A stretch of DNA of 64,000 bases, from the NCBI RefSeq assembly GCF_009914755.1, contig NC_060926.1. One strand, 5' to 3'. The position numbers and the translations under genes are program-made. This DNA comes from the human T2T-CHM13v2.0 reference genome, Homo sapiens. Below are positions 9,078 through 25,000 of this stretch, piece after piece (position 1 is the stretch's first letter; every line of letters starts with the position of its first letter). Below the pieces are notes generated by a model. That model ran no database searches, had not been told where the DNA came from, and saw only the letters and a program-made list of their open reading frames with translations.

Positions 9078-9156
9078 GAAAGCATAAAATGAGAACTATA
9101 GAAAAAGTACATAGTGTAGAAATAAAATAAAATTTCAGGACTATCTAAATTTAGTA

Positions 9157-9682
9157 TGTCAAGGAAAAAAATTAAGCCCTGGAGACTCTCACGTAGCATA
9201 TTTGCAATTCTGCCCTTAGATTGTAGATTGGCTCTCTTCCTGATTGTTCTTGTTCTAAAAATGACTAGCAGAGACCAGATATCAGACCTTCCCCTACTTC
9301 CAAGTACTCATCTTTGTTATAGATTAACTGCCTCCTTTATTGTCTGGTACCTAATTCAGACCAGATGGCACCCAAGACCCCATGACTGTTACATCTTCAG
9401 TGTGGAATGTTAAATATACCTTTCCCAAAACAAAAGCACCACCTGGACCAATCAGCTAATTGTAACTATGCCATTAAGGCTTATGAAGAAAGATGCTGAA
9501 ATTTTGTTAAGCTCCCCTAAACTTTGTCTCTATAAGTGATCCCAAACTTCTATACTTCTGAACTCTGACTTCCATTCTTTGGAATCTGTCCTTCCTGAAC
9601 AGCTTGTCCTCAAACTTTGTGGACAAGAGAATAAACTCTCTTTAAATTCGCTTCTGACTCTTTTAGTTATTTTAGGTTGATA
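9157..9682 (+). mobile_element. ERV1 (MER4-group-like) solo LTR, subfamily not assigned
   Basis: TG start, CCAAT and TATA-like (ctataag) boxes, AATAAA at ~9630, ends ttttaggttgata like class I LTR termini. Confidence 0.65.
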
Positions 9683-12600
9683 ACAGTAAATGTCAGGCTC
9701 TTAACTAAAAGGCCAGATAGAGGAAGGGCTAATAGCCACAATGTCTGTGTGCAAGATGGTTATGTGGTGAAAGTTAGTTGATAGGATATTGAGGAACAGA
9801 ATAAAGGAAAGAGAATAGGTAACTTCTAAGAGAGAACCAGGGAAAGAATGAAAGCAAGAGCAAGAGTGAGCAAATGATGTGAGCATGATGCCTGAGCTCT
9901 ACAGTGGCAGTACATGCCCAGGCCTAGCTCAAGTTTTCTGAAGTACTCAGGAACATGCATCCTTGCAATAAACCCCTTTTTGTCCTAAAGTCATTTAAAA
10001 ATGTTTTTCTTAAAATGTTAAGAACCCTATCTGAAAGAGCCATAGCTGAGTGGTTTTATGTTTTTTTTTAACACCAGAGATTATAAATTTCATAGTTAAG
10101 CTGTGCTTGGCATCAGTGAAAACTTCTCATCATTTTTAAAAATGTAACTTACAAAACCTTCAGTATTCTTGTGCTAAAGAGAATGTGAGAACTTGATGTT
10201 ATGATATTGTTAAGTCAGCCTGATGCTGTAACTATGGACCCTGTAGACTCAGCTCCTCCCTCCCAAAGGCTTGTGCAAGATCCTTGCTGTGCTTTTTTTT
10301 TTTTTTTTTTGCTAGTTTACCATTTCATTGTGCATAACTCTAAGTCTAATTTATTTGGATAAAACAAATATTCTCGCCAACAATTTGCCTATCTGCCTTT
10401 GTATCTTAAACCTCTCTGTATCTAATAAGTTTCTGTATCTTTTGTATCTTTTCATTTCTCACCATGTTTTGTTGTTTTTTCTTTCCAACTCATACATGTC
10501 AAATAATGTTCTCAGCTCTTACTATAAGCTTTAATATTTCTTGACTGAGATAAAAAATAATCCTTTTTTCCTTTACTTGCTCTATCTATCAGGAGACATT
10601 TCCTAACTTTATCCTTTAAGAATGTTGGGTATTAAAACATATCTGATGTTTCAATAAGTTCAGGTAATTCTAACTGATCATGGTGAGAAGGTTACACATT
10701 GTTGCAGGATAGAAAACACTAAGATGTTAAAACTTCAGATTAAACAGAAGTTTTGATAAATATCCAAAAAATTAAATTTTATCACATCAAATATTCATTT
10801 CATGCTTTTTTGTCTACTTTAAAGTGGGTAAATATTAGATATTCAATTATTTCATATTTTAAACAATTACTTTTCATACAAAATGTGATTGCAAAGATGT
10901 TAAACTGGATTGGGTGAAGGGTGAGTCCTTGAGCTTCACTCTTCATTCCAGTCTTCATCCTTATATGTAGAATCTAAGCCATATACTGTTTTTAGTTCAC
11001 TTTTTCTGAAAATGGATTTCTGAAAACAGATCAGCAAATGAAAACAATGGATATTATCAGATTTCAGATGTAAAAAAGAATGGCCTCTAGGCTATATCAG
11101 ATTATATTTATTAAAACTCTATGTAATAGGTAAGACACATGCAAATATGATTTTAAACATGCCTCTGTATTTATTTAATCATTACTGAAATGTATTTAGC
11201 TCTTAAGTCCCTGTGTTTCCTGATGTGGAAAGTGCAGTCTTGCTTTTTCTAGGTAATTTATTACTAGCTAAATTATCAGTTAAAATTTGGTCACTTTGGA
11301 GAAAATCTAGGCAATTCAGATGTGTCCTGCTCTCATTCCTTCCCTTCTCCTGAGAGCACCTGAACCTTTGGGAGTGACTGGGAAAGGCCCCTGGTCCATT
11401 TTCTCCTCTCTGTCCTGACTACCCTCTGCTAAGAGGGCTTTTATAGCTTGGTTGTGTCTATTACAGACAAGATTTAAAATTAAAAATACGTTCTCACTTC
11501 AAATCATAGTTCTTGCAATTTAGAGCCTTGCCTTTCAAGAAAATCTTCTTTCCTGTGGGTTGAAACAGTCATTCGGCAAGTCACATGAAGTTCTTTTTGC
11601 TCTTTATCTGCCAGGGATAAAGGGTAAGGACAAAAAGAAATGGAAAAACATATCATGTGGCAAATCAAAATACTACCAACTATAGTCCAGCCACCTTATT
11701 TTTAGCTAAATTTAATATCATGTTCATTTTAACAATAGTTGATACTTAATATTAAGTACATTATGCAATTATCTGCATGATTAATTTCTCTTTAGATAGT
11801 TGTTTCAACCATTAAGTATCTCAATTTTTCATATTTCTTAAGAATTTTAAAAAATCCGTCTCACAGGGAATGAGGGACAATTAGATACATGTGAAGGAGA
11901 AGAGACATACTTAGCTTCTTTTCCTACTCCTTTCTCTGGTAGATTATATTATTTTTTCAAACATACATATTTGCTTCCCCTCCCTTTTGCTCCCTCTTTG
12001 GAAACCAGTGAAAAAAGAATATTTCTCTCCTCTCGAACATAAGATTTTGCTACATTACTGGCTTTGGCAAATACAATGAGCAGAAATATATGTACACAAC
12101 AGCTGGGTAGAATTTTTATGAGCTTCATGACAAGTTTATGAGTTTTATGTTCTATATTTTTTTCCATTGTTTCTGCCAGATGATTGTTATGTTTGAGATA
12201 AGGGCTATTCTTTCATGATCATAATAAAGAGGAAAAGAAGCACAAACATAGATGACCCACAAAGGTGATTGAAAATGAACCCTTTGTTGGTAAAAGCTCT
12301 GTACATTTGGGAGTAATTTGCTAACAAGCATAAGTTAGGCAGAAATGATCAATACACTATCTTGACTGCATGCATATAATGACATTATGTAACCCTGAAC
12401 CACTGGACTAAATTGGACTGCTAGACCCCACGTCTTCCATCTCCCTGTGCCCCATCTTCTTCCTACACATTCCTTGCAGCATATGAAGTAATTTAGGGGA
12501 GAATCCTTTCCTGAATTTACCTATGGTAAGCAGCAGCCTTCAACAATTAATTAAGCAAGGATCAATTTGAAATATGTTGCAGATTAAATTATTGTTAAGC

Positions 12601-14024
12601 AGCCTAGTAGTAACAAAATGGTTTTCAGGAATTTTCTATTCACAAGCAAGCTGAGTCCATCTGTAGGAAAATTCCATCTTCTCAACTGGTTAAATTTTCA
12701 CAATGACATCAAAATAAATACATACATGCAAAGGTTGAGTGCCAGCATTGTTGTAATTTTTGTTTGATCTATGTCATATTTATTATTAATAAGATATTTC
12801 TTGCTAAGTTGAAAATGAGAATGGTTATTGAGAAGTAGTTGTAGTATGTGGGACTATGAACCTCTAGTCATGGTTTGAGGGTTACTTAGCCCTCACAGAA
12901 AAATTTTCAAAGATGTATTAGTCATAAATTACATTAAGGTTTTCACAATAAAATATTGCTACTTATTTTTAATGTAATGTCTCACAAAGAAGAAAAAAAT
13001 TTCTTCTGTGGACTGAAAAAATATTTTCTGTGTGAGATATTACATTTAAAAAATTCTAGTTTTCAGTAATCAGACATTCTTCTACATAGTATGGTGATAT
13101 TATTTAGATATCACTTATATTAATGTAGTTTCTTCCGAATACTATTTCATTTATTTCTCTACCTCTTCGTGTGAGAACCTTATATCTGTATCTCTGAAAT
13201 GTAAATAAAGAGGTAAATTGATATACATAAATTGATTTACTTTTTAAAGGTGCATAACAAGGGTTTCCTATATGCTTACCTCTGATAAATAAGTCCTATA
13301 CAAATGACATACCCGTTATAAAAGTATCACAGACTCTTAGGTCACAATAATTGATAAAAATCATCCAGCATAAGAAAAGTAATATTCCCACTGCACTTTG
13401 CAATCTCTTGCTTTCATCTGTGGACCAAACATTAGGAGAGCCTTGTCAAAGCACAGTGTGTTCAGAGGAGTGAGTCAAAAGGCATGTTATTTAAAGGATA
13501 CACATTTAGACACCTTAAAAATATATGTGCCTCAAAACAAATACGAAGCAAGCTGGGATATTTAACTTTAGGAAGAAAAAGCTTGGAAAGTGGGGAGAAT
13601 ATATATTCACATACTATATTACATTATTTTATATTACTTTTGCTAGAAAACTAGTATGTGGAAGAGAGTGTAAATATAATCTATTTTGCTCCAGAGAGAA
13701 TTAGGTGAGTTGATAATATTGGGCACACAGATTTTAGCTTAAAATCCGGATAACTTTCTTACCAATTGTTGTTTGCAAAGATTGGATGAGCTGCCCTACA
13801 ATAGGGTATGTGCTCATTCTCAGAAGTGTCAGAGAGTGGTATGTGGAAGCTGCTTAGAAGACATATTGACACTGGTGTCTTTAGTCAAGACACTTTGACT
13901 AAACTAAAAGATCTGGAGAATTATCTCCATTTTTCACAGTTCTTCTAGACCTCGCCTCCCTTGATCAATAATAAGGATAATGTAGTTACATATATAAAAA
14001 CAATAATACAAATAAGCATGACAA

Positions 14025-14570
<546 letters not shown>

Positions 14571-14800
14571 CCACACTACCCCTCTGTTTCAGTAGTTATG
14601 TTACCTTTTATATATTTCACTAGCCATAATAATAAATATCCATTGACCTTCTTAAATTAAAAAATTCCCAAAGCCAAATCTAGTTATTTTAAAATTATAT
14701 ATAATCTACAACCCAGAAATTATATCTCTAATATTCTTAAAAAAGTTGCACTCTGCATTTATGCACCAGTAAATACTAACAATGATACATGTAATATACA

Positions 14801-16475
<1,675 letters not shown>

Positions 16476-16513
16476 TAATATTTTTTATAAAATCTGAAAA
16501 TTGAAAGCAATTA

Positions 16514-17000
16514 ATTTTTTTGAACATTAAATTCAGGGGTACATATGCAGGTTTGCTATACAGGTAAATTATGTGTCATGAGTGTTTAGTGTATAGATTA
16601 TTTTGTTACCCAGGTAATAAGCACAGTATCTGATAGTTTTTCACTCCCCACCTCCTTCCCAACCTCCACCTTCAAGTAGGCTCCAGTGTCTGTTGTTCCC
16701 TTCTTTGTGTCCATATGTACTTGATGTTTAGCTCCCACTTACAAATGAGAAAATGTGGTATTTGGTTTTTGTTCCTGTGTTAGTTTGCTAAGGGTAACGG
16801 CCTCCACCTCTATCCATGTCACTGCAAAGGATATGATCTGATTCTTTTTCATGGCTGCCTAGTATTCCATGGTGTATATGTACCAACCACATTTTCTTTA
16901 TCCAGTCTTCTGTGGATGGGCATTTAGGTTGATCGATGTCTTTGCTATTATGAATAGTGCTGCAGTAAATGAACATGTGCATGTGTATTTGTGAAAGAAT
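16514..17000 (-). mobile_element. Older L1PA (L1PA13-16-like) 3' end
   Basis: ttcaggggtacatatgcaggtttgctatacaggtaaat...acccaggtaataagcacagta 3'UTR; QPKCPSTEDWIKKMW fragment. Confidence 0.88.
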
Positions 17001-20000
17001 GACATAACAATTTAAAAATTAATCATTGTGGACTGAATAAATACATTTTGGTATAATCATTTGATAGAAGACTATTTGGATAAAATACAGTAATACAGTA
17101 TTTAGATAAAATACAGTATACACATGACCAGGACAAAAAATAAATCAGAGTAAAAGTTAAGAACAATATCATTTACCTAATTTTAGAAATACACATAGCT
17201 ATATATGCAATAAAAGGACATATAGTTACATTTTGTTGTTTGTTCTAGAAAGGAGGGGAGAGGAATGCAATAGGGAAAGACTATAAAGAATAATGTGGCC
17301 TTCAACTATACATGTAATATTTTATATATCTTATATGAAATACTAAATAATACTGTATTTTACACAAAATACTATATAATAAAATATAAATTATTACATA
17401 TAACATGGAGCAATTACAATGAAAATGCTAGTATTTACTAATTGTGGATGATTGCTACTGGAATTTTGGGATATTTTCCTTTCTACTTTTCCTCGTTTTC
17501 AAATATTTAAATTAAAAATAAATTAGAACATATACAACAGAAAAATATTAGACATTTTTACAGTTCATTCTTTCCAAAATGCTTAATTTTAAAAATTATA
17601 ATAACTACCTAAATGAAAGAAAAAATAACCATTTGTTATCAAGATAATATTTGTAGAAACGAATTAAAAGTCCTTCAAACATTATTTAATCTGATCATTT
17701 TTATCACATCATAAAAAGGGCAGGTATTCTTTTGCTTTTATATAATGATGTTATTCTCTTTTATAATATAGTTTCCAAAGTCAATGTACATGAAAAGTAA
17801 AAAATATCTTTCCTGGTTATCTGCATAAGATGTGATAACCAAAAAACTTCCAATGTAATAACCATGTGGAACTAACAGCACTCTTTTTCTAAATGTACTG
17901 ATTTTTCTTTTCAATAGCTTTTTCTCACAAAGCAGCTGACCGTTTTTGGCAAGATTTAAGAATTTTAACCTACAGCTCTCTTTAGCTGTCTGTGCTAGGC
18001 ATGCATGGCAACAAATGCCTTCTGAATTTCCCTCAAAAGAAGCTTCTTTTTGCCTGTATTTTCTCTTTCTCTTGAGGAAAGCAAACAAACTTCATTTATG
18101 CTGTGCCTTTATTTTAAAAGAAAAACCACAGAATGTGAACTATGTAAACTAAATAAATTGAAAGCTATGATAACACTGTATGTAATCTTGACATCACTTT
18201 AAGTCTTGCAACATTAAATATAAATCTTGGAACAAATTATTTTGTGGCCCAAGAGAAAGCACACAAGAGAAATTTGTTATTTCCCTTTTTGTGTATGCTT
18301 TTGTTTCCATCTGTGAAAAATGGATATTGGTTAGGGGGGACTAGCAGACTAAATTTCCTGTTTCTTCCTGCCTTTCCCCAACTCTATGTGAAAGATAAAA
18401 ACTCAGAACACGGATTTCCTGCTGAGCTTGCTGCTCTATCCTTTCTGGGAATTTTCCTAATTGAGAAAAAAAGTCCAGATGGAAAAATGTAACCTCCTTT
18501 GAGAATTCAATAGGCAATTTAAAAAGTGCTCAAACATTTGTCCAATCTCTTCTCCTAGGTTCTGGCACATGCGAAATGCACCTGATAAAGAAGTGTGATT
18601 GGTCTGCTCACCATATTCTCTTTAAGCTCAGATTTAATTAAGAAAAGTAATGTTTTACTTAACACAGAATTATAAAACCATTATTCACCAAAACGATTAT
18701 AAGCTATTACAAAATTTAACAAAGTAAACACACTTGATTTTCTTAACAATGCCTTAAGATAGCACACAGGATGTTTAAATAACTTTACAAGTGTTAACTC
18801 CAACTCTATAATCCTTGAGTTTAACCATTATGAGGTATTGTTTCACTGAACTTTTTAGGACTAAGAGGTTTGCAAATTAATGATCCCTTTTTCTTTGTAG
18901 TATGTAAGGGATCAGTTAATACACACAAAACCTTGGGTGAGTGAACAAAAAGAAAGAAAAGACCATGGAAAGGAGAAGCAAAACTGCTGAGAATAAATTC
19001 ACAGCCTTGTCCCTGAAAATTAACCCCTGTTGTGCGCACCAGAGTTTTAGAATGTATGGATTTCATTTAGGATATCTGCCTGGACCCCCTTCAAAAAAAG
19101 TCAAACCTCAGGGGACAGTTATCTTTGCTTTTATGGTTTCTACATCTCTCAGGACCCTGTTTGCTTCTGCATTGGAATGTTAAGTCTCAGAATTTATACT
19201 TTTAACCATTCTGTGTTTTATTCTTTAATGAGCCTTTAATTGTTTTGCTTTTATTTATTTTCTATATTTTAAACTGGTTTTAGGCTTTTCATTTACTAGG
19301 CCATTTATTTTAATTATTTTGTAACACATTCTTATTCATTTAATCTTTTATTGCTTGTATTCCATTGAAAATCATTTAATATTGAATCCTGTATATAATA
19401 TTTTATTTTTAACGAATTTTGTTGTTTTCAGTGTTATTTTAACTCTTAGTATTTAAGTAATTAACTTGAGTTATTTTAACTCTTAAGTATTATTATTGGT
19501 GCTGTATTAATGTATATATAATGCATGATGATCATGTATATGAATATAGCATGGTATAAACCACAGAAGTTGAGCCTTTTTTCCCTTCTACTTAATAGAG
19601 CGGCAAGCCTTCTATCCGCCTAGGATGGACTACCCATCCCTTAGCAAAAATTGTACTCAAATACTCTGTGATCACCACATTGAATAATTTCATAGGTCCA
19701 GAGACAAAATTTTAACTGTCCTGCAAGGAAGGACAGTAGCAAATTGCATAAGAAGTTTGTCTTCTCATACAAAACCATTTCATTTTGAATCTCCCAGGAA
19801 AATTACATGTAAGGATAGGTCCATTTTACTGCAATCTCCCCACCAGTATACACATTTGCTGATTTCTGTCTCTTTATGAATTGAGTTTCAGGGATAATTA
19901 CTTGTGGCATAGATTATCTTATCTCTCTTATTGATTAAGAATGCTTAAGGAACTTTTGACCTCAGAAAGAATTAAGTTTACAATCTATTCCTGCTGTTTC

Positions 20001-20322
20001 AGACTGTATAAAGGGAACTAAGCCCTTGATGGATCCTGGCCTGAGAAAGCCTGGCTGATTAGATAAGACAATCCTGCCCAGATTTTTTCAGAGTGCACAA
20101 GACCAGCTAGTAGTCATCTTCATTCTTTCCTTGATTATAACCTCTGAGCATCACAAAAGTTTCAACTGAATTGACTTATGCAGTTTCTAGACTCTGTTCA
20201 TTTCTTTAGTTGAGAACAGAATTTCATTTTAGGAAGGTTTCAGTCCTGCAAAGCAGGTACAAATGTAGCTGATTTTCTCTAATGTGTTGTCCTTCTCAGC
20301 AGTGAAATTGTATATTTGCCCT

Positions 20323-20538
20323 CAGGTATATTAACTTGGGCATTATTGACATTTTAGAACAGATAATTCCTTGTTGCAGTAGGTTGCCCTGTGCACCGCA
20401 GGCTATGTAGCAGCATTGCTAGTCCCTATACACTAGATGCCAGTACACAACTGCCCCTGATGGTAACAACTGAACATGTCTCCAGAATTTGCCTAACATT
20501 CAGTGAAGAACGGAATCATTCCCAGTTGGGAACCATTG
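20323..20538 (-). mobile_element. MER20 (hAT-Charlie) DNA transposon
   Basis: Reverse complement of CAGTGGTTCTCAAC...TCTGGAGACA...TGGCATCTAGTG...AATGTCAATAGTGCC; ~216 bp. Confidence 0.82.
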
Positions 20539-21752
20539 TTCCACTTTGAGCCTCACTCTGAAAACCTGACTGCATCTGGGGTGTTCTACTTAACTGTCTG
20601 TTCCTATGCTCTGTGTCTCACATTCTCCCTCTGAACTAATTATCTACCTGTGAGCTTTGGGGCTCTCAGGTAGCTTCTCAGAAAAGTTTATTTGGGTATG
20701 ATATATGGCCATTCTCTCAACTGATTTTCATTTCAAATAAAATAAAATAATAAAATAAATGCCAGTAAAATAAAATACTTGATTAACTAAGAATATCTGC
20801 TAATTATGGAGAATAATAAAAGCATAAAGACAAAATTTAAATAGTACATATTATTCATATGTATTTCCCAACTATAGGCATTGTAAAACGTTATTCCATA
20901 TATTCTCAGTCATGGAGAGCTCTACAGATATATGTTTCTGTTTTTTTTTTTAAATGGATTATATTTTGTCTATCAGTGTGTGGTCTGTTTTGAATGACTT
21001 CACTTTTTTTTGTATTCTAATACATTATTTTATTAGCCATGTTATTTAATTGCAAATGTTTGATTAGTTACTAAACCAACAATCTGTTGTTAGAAAGCTG
21101 CATCTTTTAAATGATTATAAAATGTCTGAATTTCATAGGCAATATATTTTAGAAGGCCTGTATCTCTGCTACCACATTGGTATTAATAATATATTTTACT
21201 TCAAAGGAATTAGGCTGGTCCCAGCTTATGAAGTCAGCCAGGTTGTAGCCACAGATCCATGGACTTCTATATTTTATTACGTAAGTGGCTACATCTTCCA
21301 ATGGTAGTATGATACTATTAGAAGATTTATCTCCCAGGGAGGACAATTTAAAAGTATAGAAATGTTTACCTGGTAATATTCCCTCTAGGCTACCACAATC
21401 TCATAAAAAATTTGTAGAGGCAGAGTAGCATTGGTTGAGTATTGACTAAAGGAGTAAAGGCGCCAGACGTGGGTAAATTTATTCTAAAACAAGACTTAGA
21501 CCAGAGTACAAGTTCTTCTGAGTGAGGATTGGACTAACTTCTATATATAATATGTACAGTGGTATATTAAAATGTGTCTGTATTGTATTAGAGTTCAAAG
21601 ATTATGTTCATGACCATATATCTCAATGATACCAGAGTATGAGTTCAAAAGAAATTGAATACACTTTGTCTTTTTTATTCTATATTCCTTCTGATCACTT
21701 GAATTTTCAAATGTCTTCTATGAGTAACTAAGTTTGAATTTTATATATATAT

Positions 21753-22032
21753 CATTATTATTATTTGAGAATAGAGTATCACTCTGTCACCCAGTCTGGA
21801 GTGCAGTGGCATGATCTTAGCTCACTGCATCCTCTCGGGTTCAAATGATTCTCATGCCGCAGCCTTCCGAGTAGCCGAGACCACAGGCCTGTGCCCCCAC
21901 ACCCAGCTAACTTTTGCATTTGTAGTAAAGATAGGGTTTCGCCATGTTGCCCGGCTGGTCTCAAACTTCTGATCTGCCTGTCTCAGCCTCCCAAAGTGCT
22001 GGGATTACAGGTGTGAGCCACCACACCTGGTC
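21753..22032 (-). mobile_element. Alu (old, AluJ/S-like) with small internal deletions
   Basis: ctctgtcacccagtctggagtgcagtggc ... cctcccaaagtgctgggattacaggtgtgagccaccacacctggtc; tail decayed to (TTA)n. Confidence 0.92.
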
Positions 22033-25000
22033 TGAATAATAATTTTTATTCAAAATATTTTTTTTGTCTTTATTAAGTATATATTTGTGTTTTCACTAAT
22101 TTTTTCTAAGAGGAACCAGAAAAAAAAAAAAAAGACATTGGTCCATGCTTTTTGGAACTCTGAGGAAACATGGCTCACTAACAATCACAAAGCTAATGGT
22201 TTTGTGATTATCTATTTCCCTTTGTCTAATAATACAAGACACATCTACAAAAACAAGAATGGTTAGCAGACAGAGAGTTTGACTGATTTTTGGTAAGAAT
22301 CATAAAAATATTGCTAACAGATAATCTCTATTTTAGACATTTGAAAATAATTTCCTGTAAGTTTATAAACATTTTATTAAAATATTTTTACTTACAAGTT
22401 TCTTAGAAAAAACTTTAAAAAGTATGAAAAAATAGCACATATACATATCACATAGACATATTTATTAAGCACCAACTATATGACAAATACCGTTCAAGGA
22501 TTTAAAAAAACAGCAAAGGGCAAGACAGATAAAACCACAATAAAGTGAATTCTACCAATGATCACAACTTTTACTCTGAAGGAGGATTACAACAAACTGA
22601 AGAATGTCTCACCTTTTGATATATCTCCTTTTAAAGCTGCTTAGAAATAAGTTATTCATGTAAAATTCTGTTTATTTATGCCTTTTAATTTATAGAGAGT
22701 CAGGTTGGTGTATCTTGGGGAGGTTTTCACTGGTTATTCAACATCTAAAATGTAAAGAAAAAATTTTATTCATCTCATATTCAGATTTTTTAAAAAAAAA
22801 TTTAAAATTTGAATCCCATGGTGAATAATTATATTTTTATGTCAATTTCTAGTCACTTGCACTTTACAGTTTATGATAGTAAACTCCTTTAATGACACTT
22901 AAATTTTTTTTCTCAGTTTTATAGGCAAAACCTGGCAAAATTTTAAATTTGCAGTCCATTGAGTAACAGCGAAGTTGAATATTAATTTTCTTATTGGATA
23001 TTTTTCTTTTTCTTTTGTGAATCGTTATTTATGTTCTTTGCTTATTTTATATTAGGTAAACATATGTACATATATTACATATGTTACATAAACTTACGTA
23101 TATATTTTGCATATATGTATATATACACATAAGCTTAAGGATAAAATGCAATATTCTTTCTATTATTAGATACTATTGTCCTAACACAAATCTGTATAAT
23201 GATAATAGTAGTATAGTAATAATAAACATTATTTAATACCTAGTACTGTTGTATCTTTTCAAATAACTATTTTAATCTTTAAACAATCCTCTAAGGTAGC
23301 TATTGTCACTATTTTAAATCTAAAGAAATTTGAGAATTATTAGAAAGCTCAATTAAATTGGCCAGAGTTTTAGTACTTACTGGCAGTAAGGAGCCAAGCA
23401 TAGTTTAAACTCAAATCTGTTACTCCTTTGTCTGTAATCGTTCCAGTGGGCACTAATGCATCGACACCCACTATGCAAGTGATTAGAAGGCAGAGAGTAA
23501 GTGACATTTTGATTCGCATTGGCAAGGCCCCTTCTGTCATCATGAAATTATTTTTATAATCTTTCTTCTTTTATTATGTTTTTATTTCTAACCCAAAGGA
23601 CTGATGTTGTTTGAAATAAGAAGTGTTTGGTTGGTTGAAGTCTTTGTTTGGAGAGGAGAAAACTGGAATGTGATCAAAATTTGTAGGAATAGAGAAGAAA
23701 ATGGTGGTCCTTCGAATACTATGTTTCTTCAAATTCTATTAAAATGATTCATGCTTGCTCAGAGAACAGGGATTACTTGTGGTTAATTACTGCCCTCTGT
23801 TGACGACATGATATATAAATTGTAATTCATGTTCTAAAAAGAAAGTTAAAACTACAAGAAAACTCATTTATGAAGATTAGTAATTAAACCTCAAAAAATT
23901 CAAGTGCTTGCCCAAACACCTATATAGCTAGTTAATTACAGGGACGACTGAGACTCCAAGTGTCATAAGCTATGATTAGTCTCGTGTTGACTAAATTAAC
24001 AACAGTGTTATTTTTGGCCTGAAAATATTTTCCTATTTTCTGAGACTCAAAAACAAAGGTTGTAGTACTCAAAACAATTCAAAATACATTTTATTCAAGA
24101 AAAATTTAAATACAATTTATATTCAGGTTAAAATAAATTATGCAGTACAGAAAAGTGGGAAGTGGAAAATAAATATATTTTTCTCACTCTCTACTTGATC
24201 CCAGAGGTGACAATCACTAACTGTTTGTTGTTCTGAAATGAATTCTAAATGCTTAGAATTTTTTTCAAAACTAAAATACTGGTCTCTAACTTTTTTAAAA
24301 CTTAAAATATATGTCTTAGGGTTTATTCCATATAACCACATAGAGATATAGCTTAGTTTTTAATATGACTGCCTACTATTGACACTTTTGAGGATTACAG
24401 GCATGTTTAGAATGCCCTTAATTTGGAGTAACTTGTTATTTCCACATAATTAAATTCAGGTTATGCGTTATCTTCTAGGATTATTACAAAAGTGAGGTTG
24501 TTTTGTTCTCATTTCCTTCCACCAGGGGGCACTTCATTTTGGTTTGTCTCGATCAATGTTCACTTCGATCACTGGATTAAGGTGTTTCAGGCTTTTTCAT
24601 TGAAAGCTACCCCATTTTCCTGCTTCTGTGTACAAGAAGGATTTGAGTGGCAAAAGTGCTCAGCTAAGATAAAAAATAAGTAATTACCCCGTCAAATCCT
24701 TTGTCCCAAGTAACAGGAATAATGGAATGGATCATAGAATGTTAAGCATTATTTTCCCAAAAGTGCTGAGTGTCCTAGTTTGATTCTAATTCCTTTCTAA
24801 AGGAACATACAAATAAATGAGGTATTTGTACCAGTTGTACAAGGAGGGGAAAGAACCTTTTCCTATATACGACAATTCATTTAACTCAAATTTGTTAATA
24901 TATAAGTCTATAAACAACACAGAAAGTATAATCATGGTTCTTTCTATTGGCAGCTAGGTGAATATTAGAACTGATGATGGTTTTGTTTTTCTTAAAACAT

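Noticed and set aside
868-9135. The HERV-H as one giant SVA 3' transduction
   Set aside because: There is no second poly(A) tail after the provirus (only a short aaataaaataaaa at ~9120), and the provirus has its own near-matching TSD.
13880-13905. Hairpin tttagtcaa-gacact-ttgactaaa
   Set aside because: A 9-bp AT-rich stem is expected by chance in 64 kb.
19430-19492. ~22-bp direct repeat gttattttaactctta
   Set aside because: Ordinary slippage duplication in AT-rich DNA.
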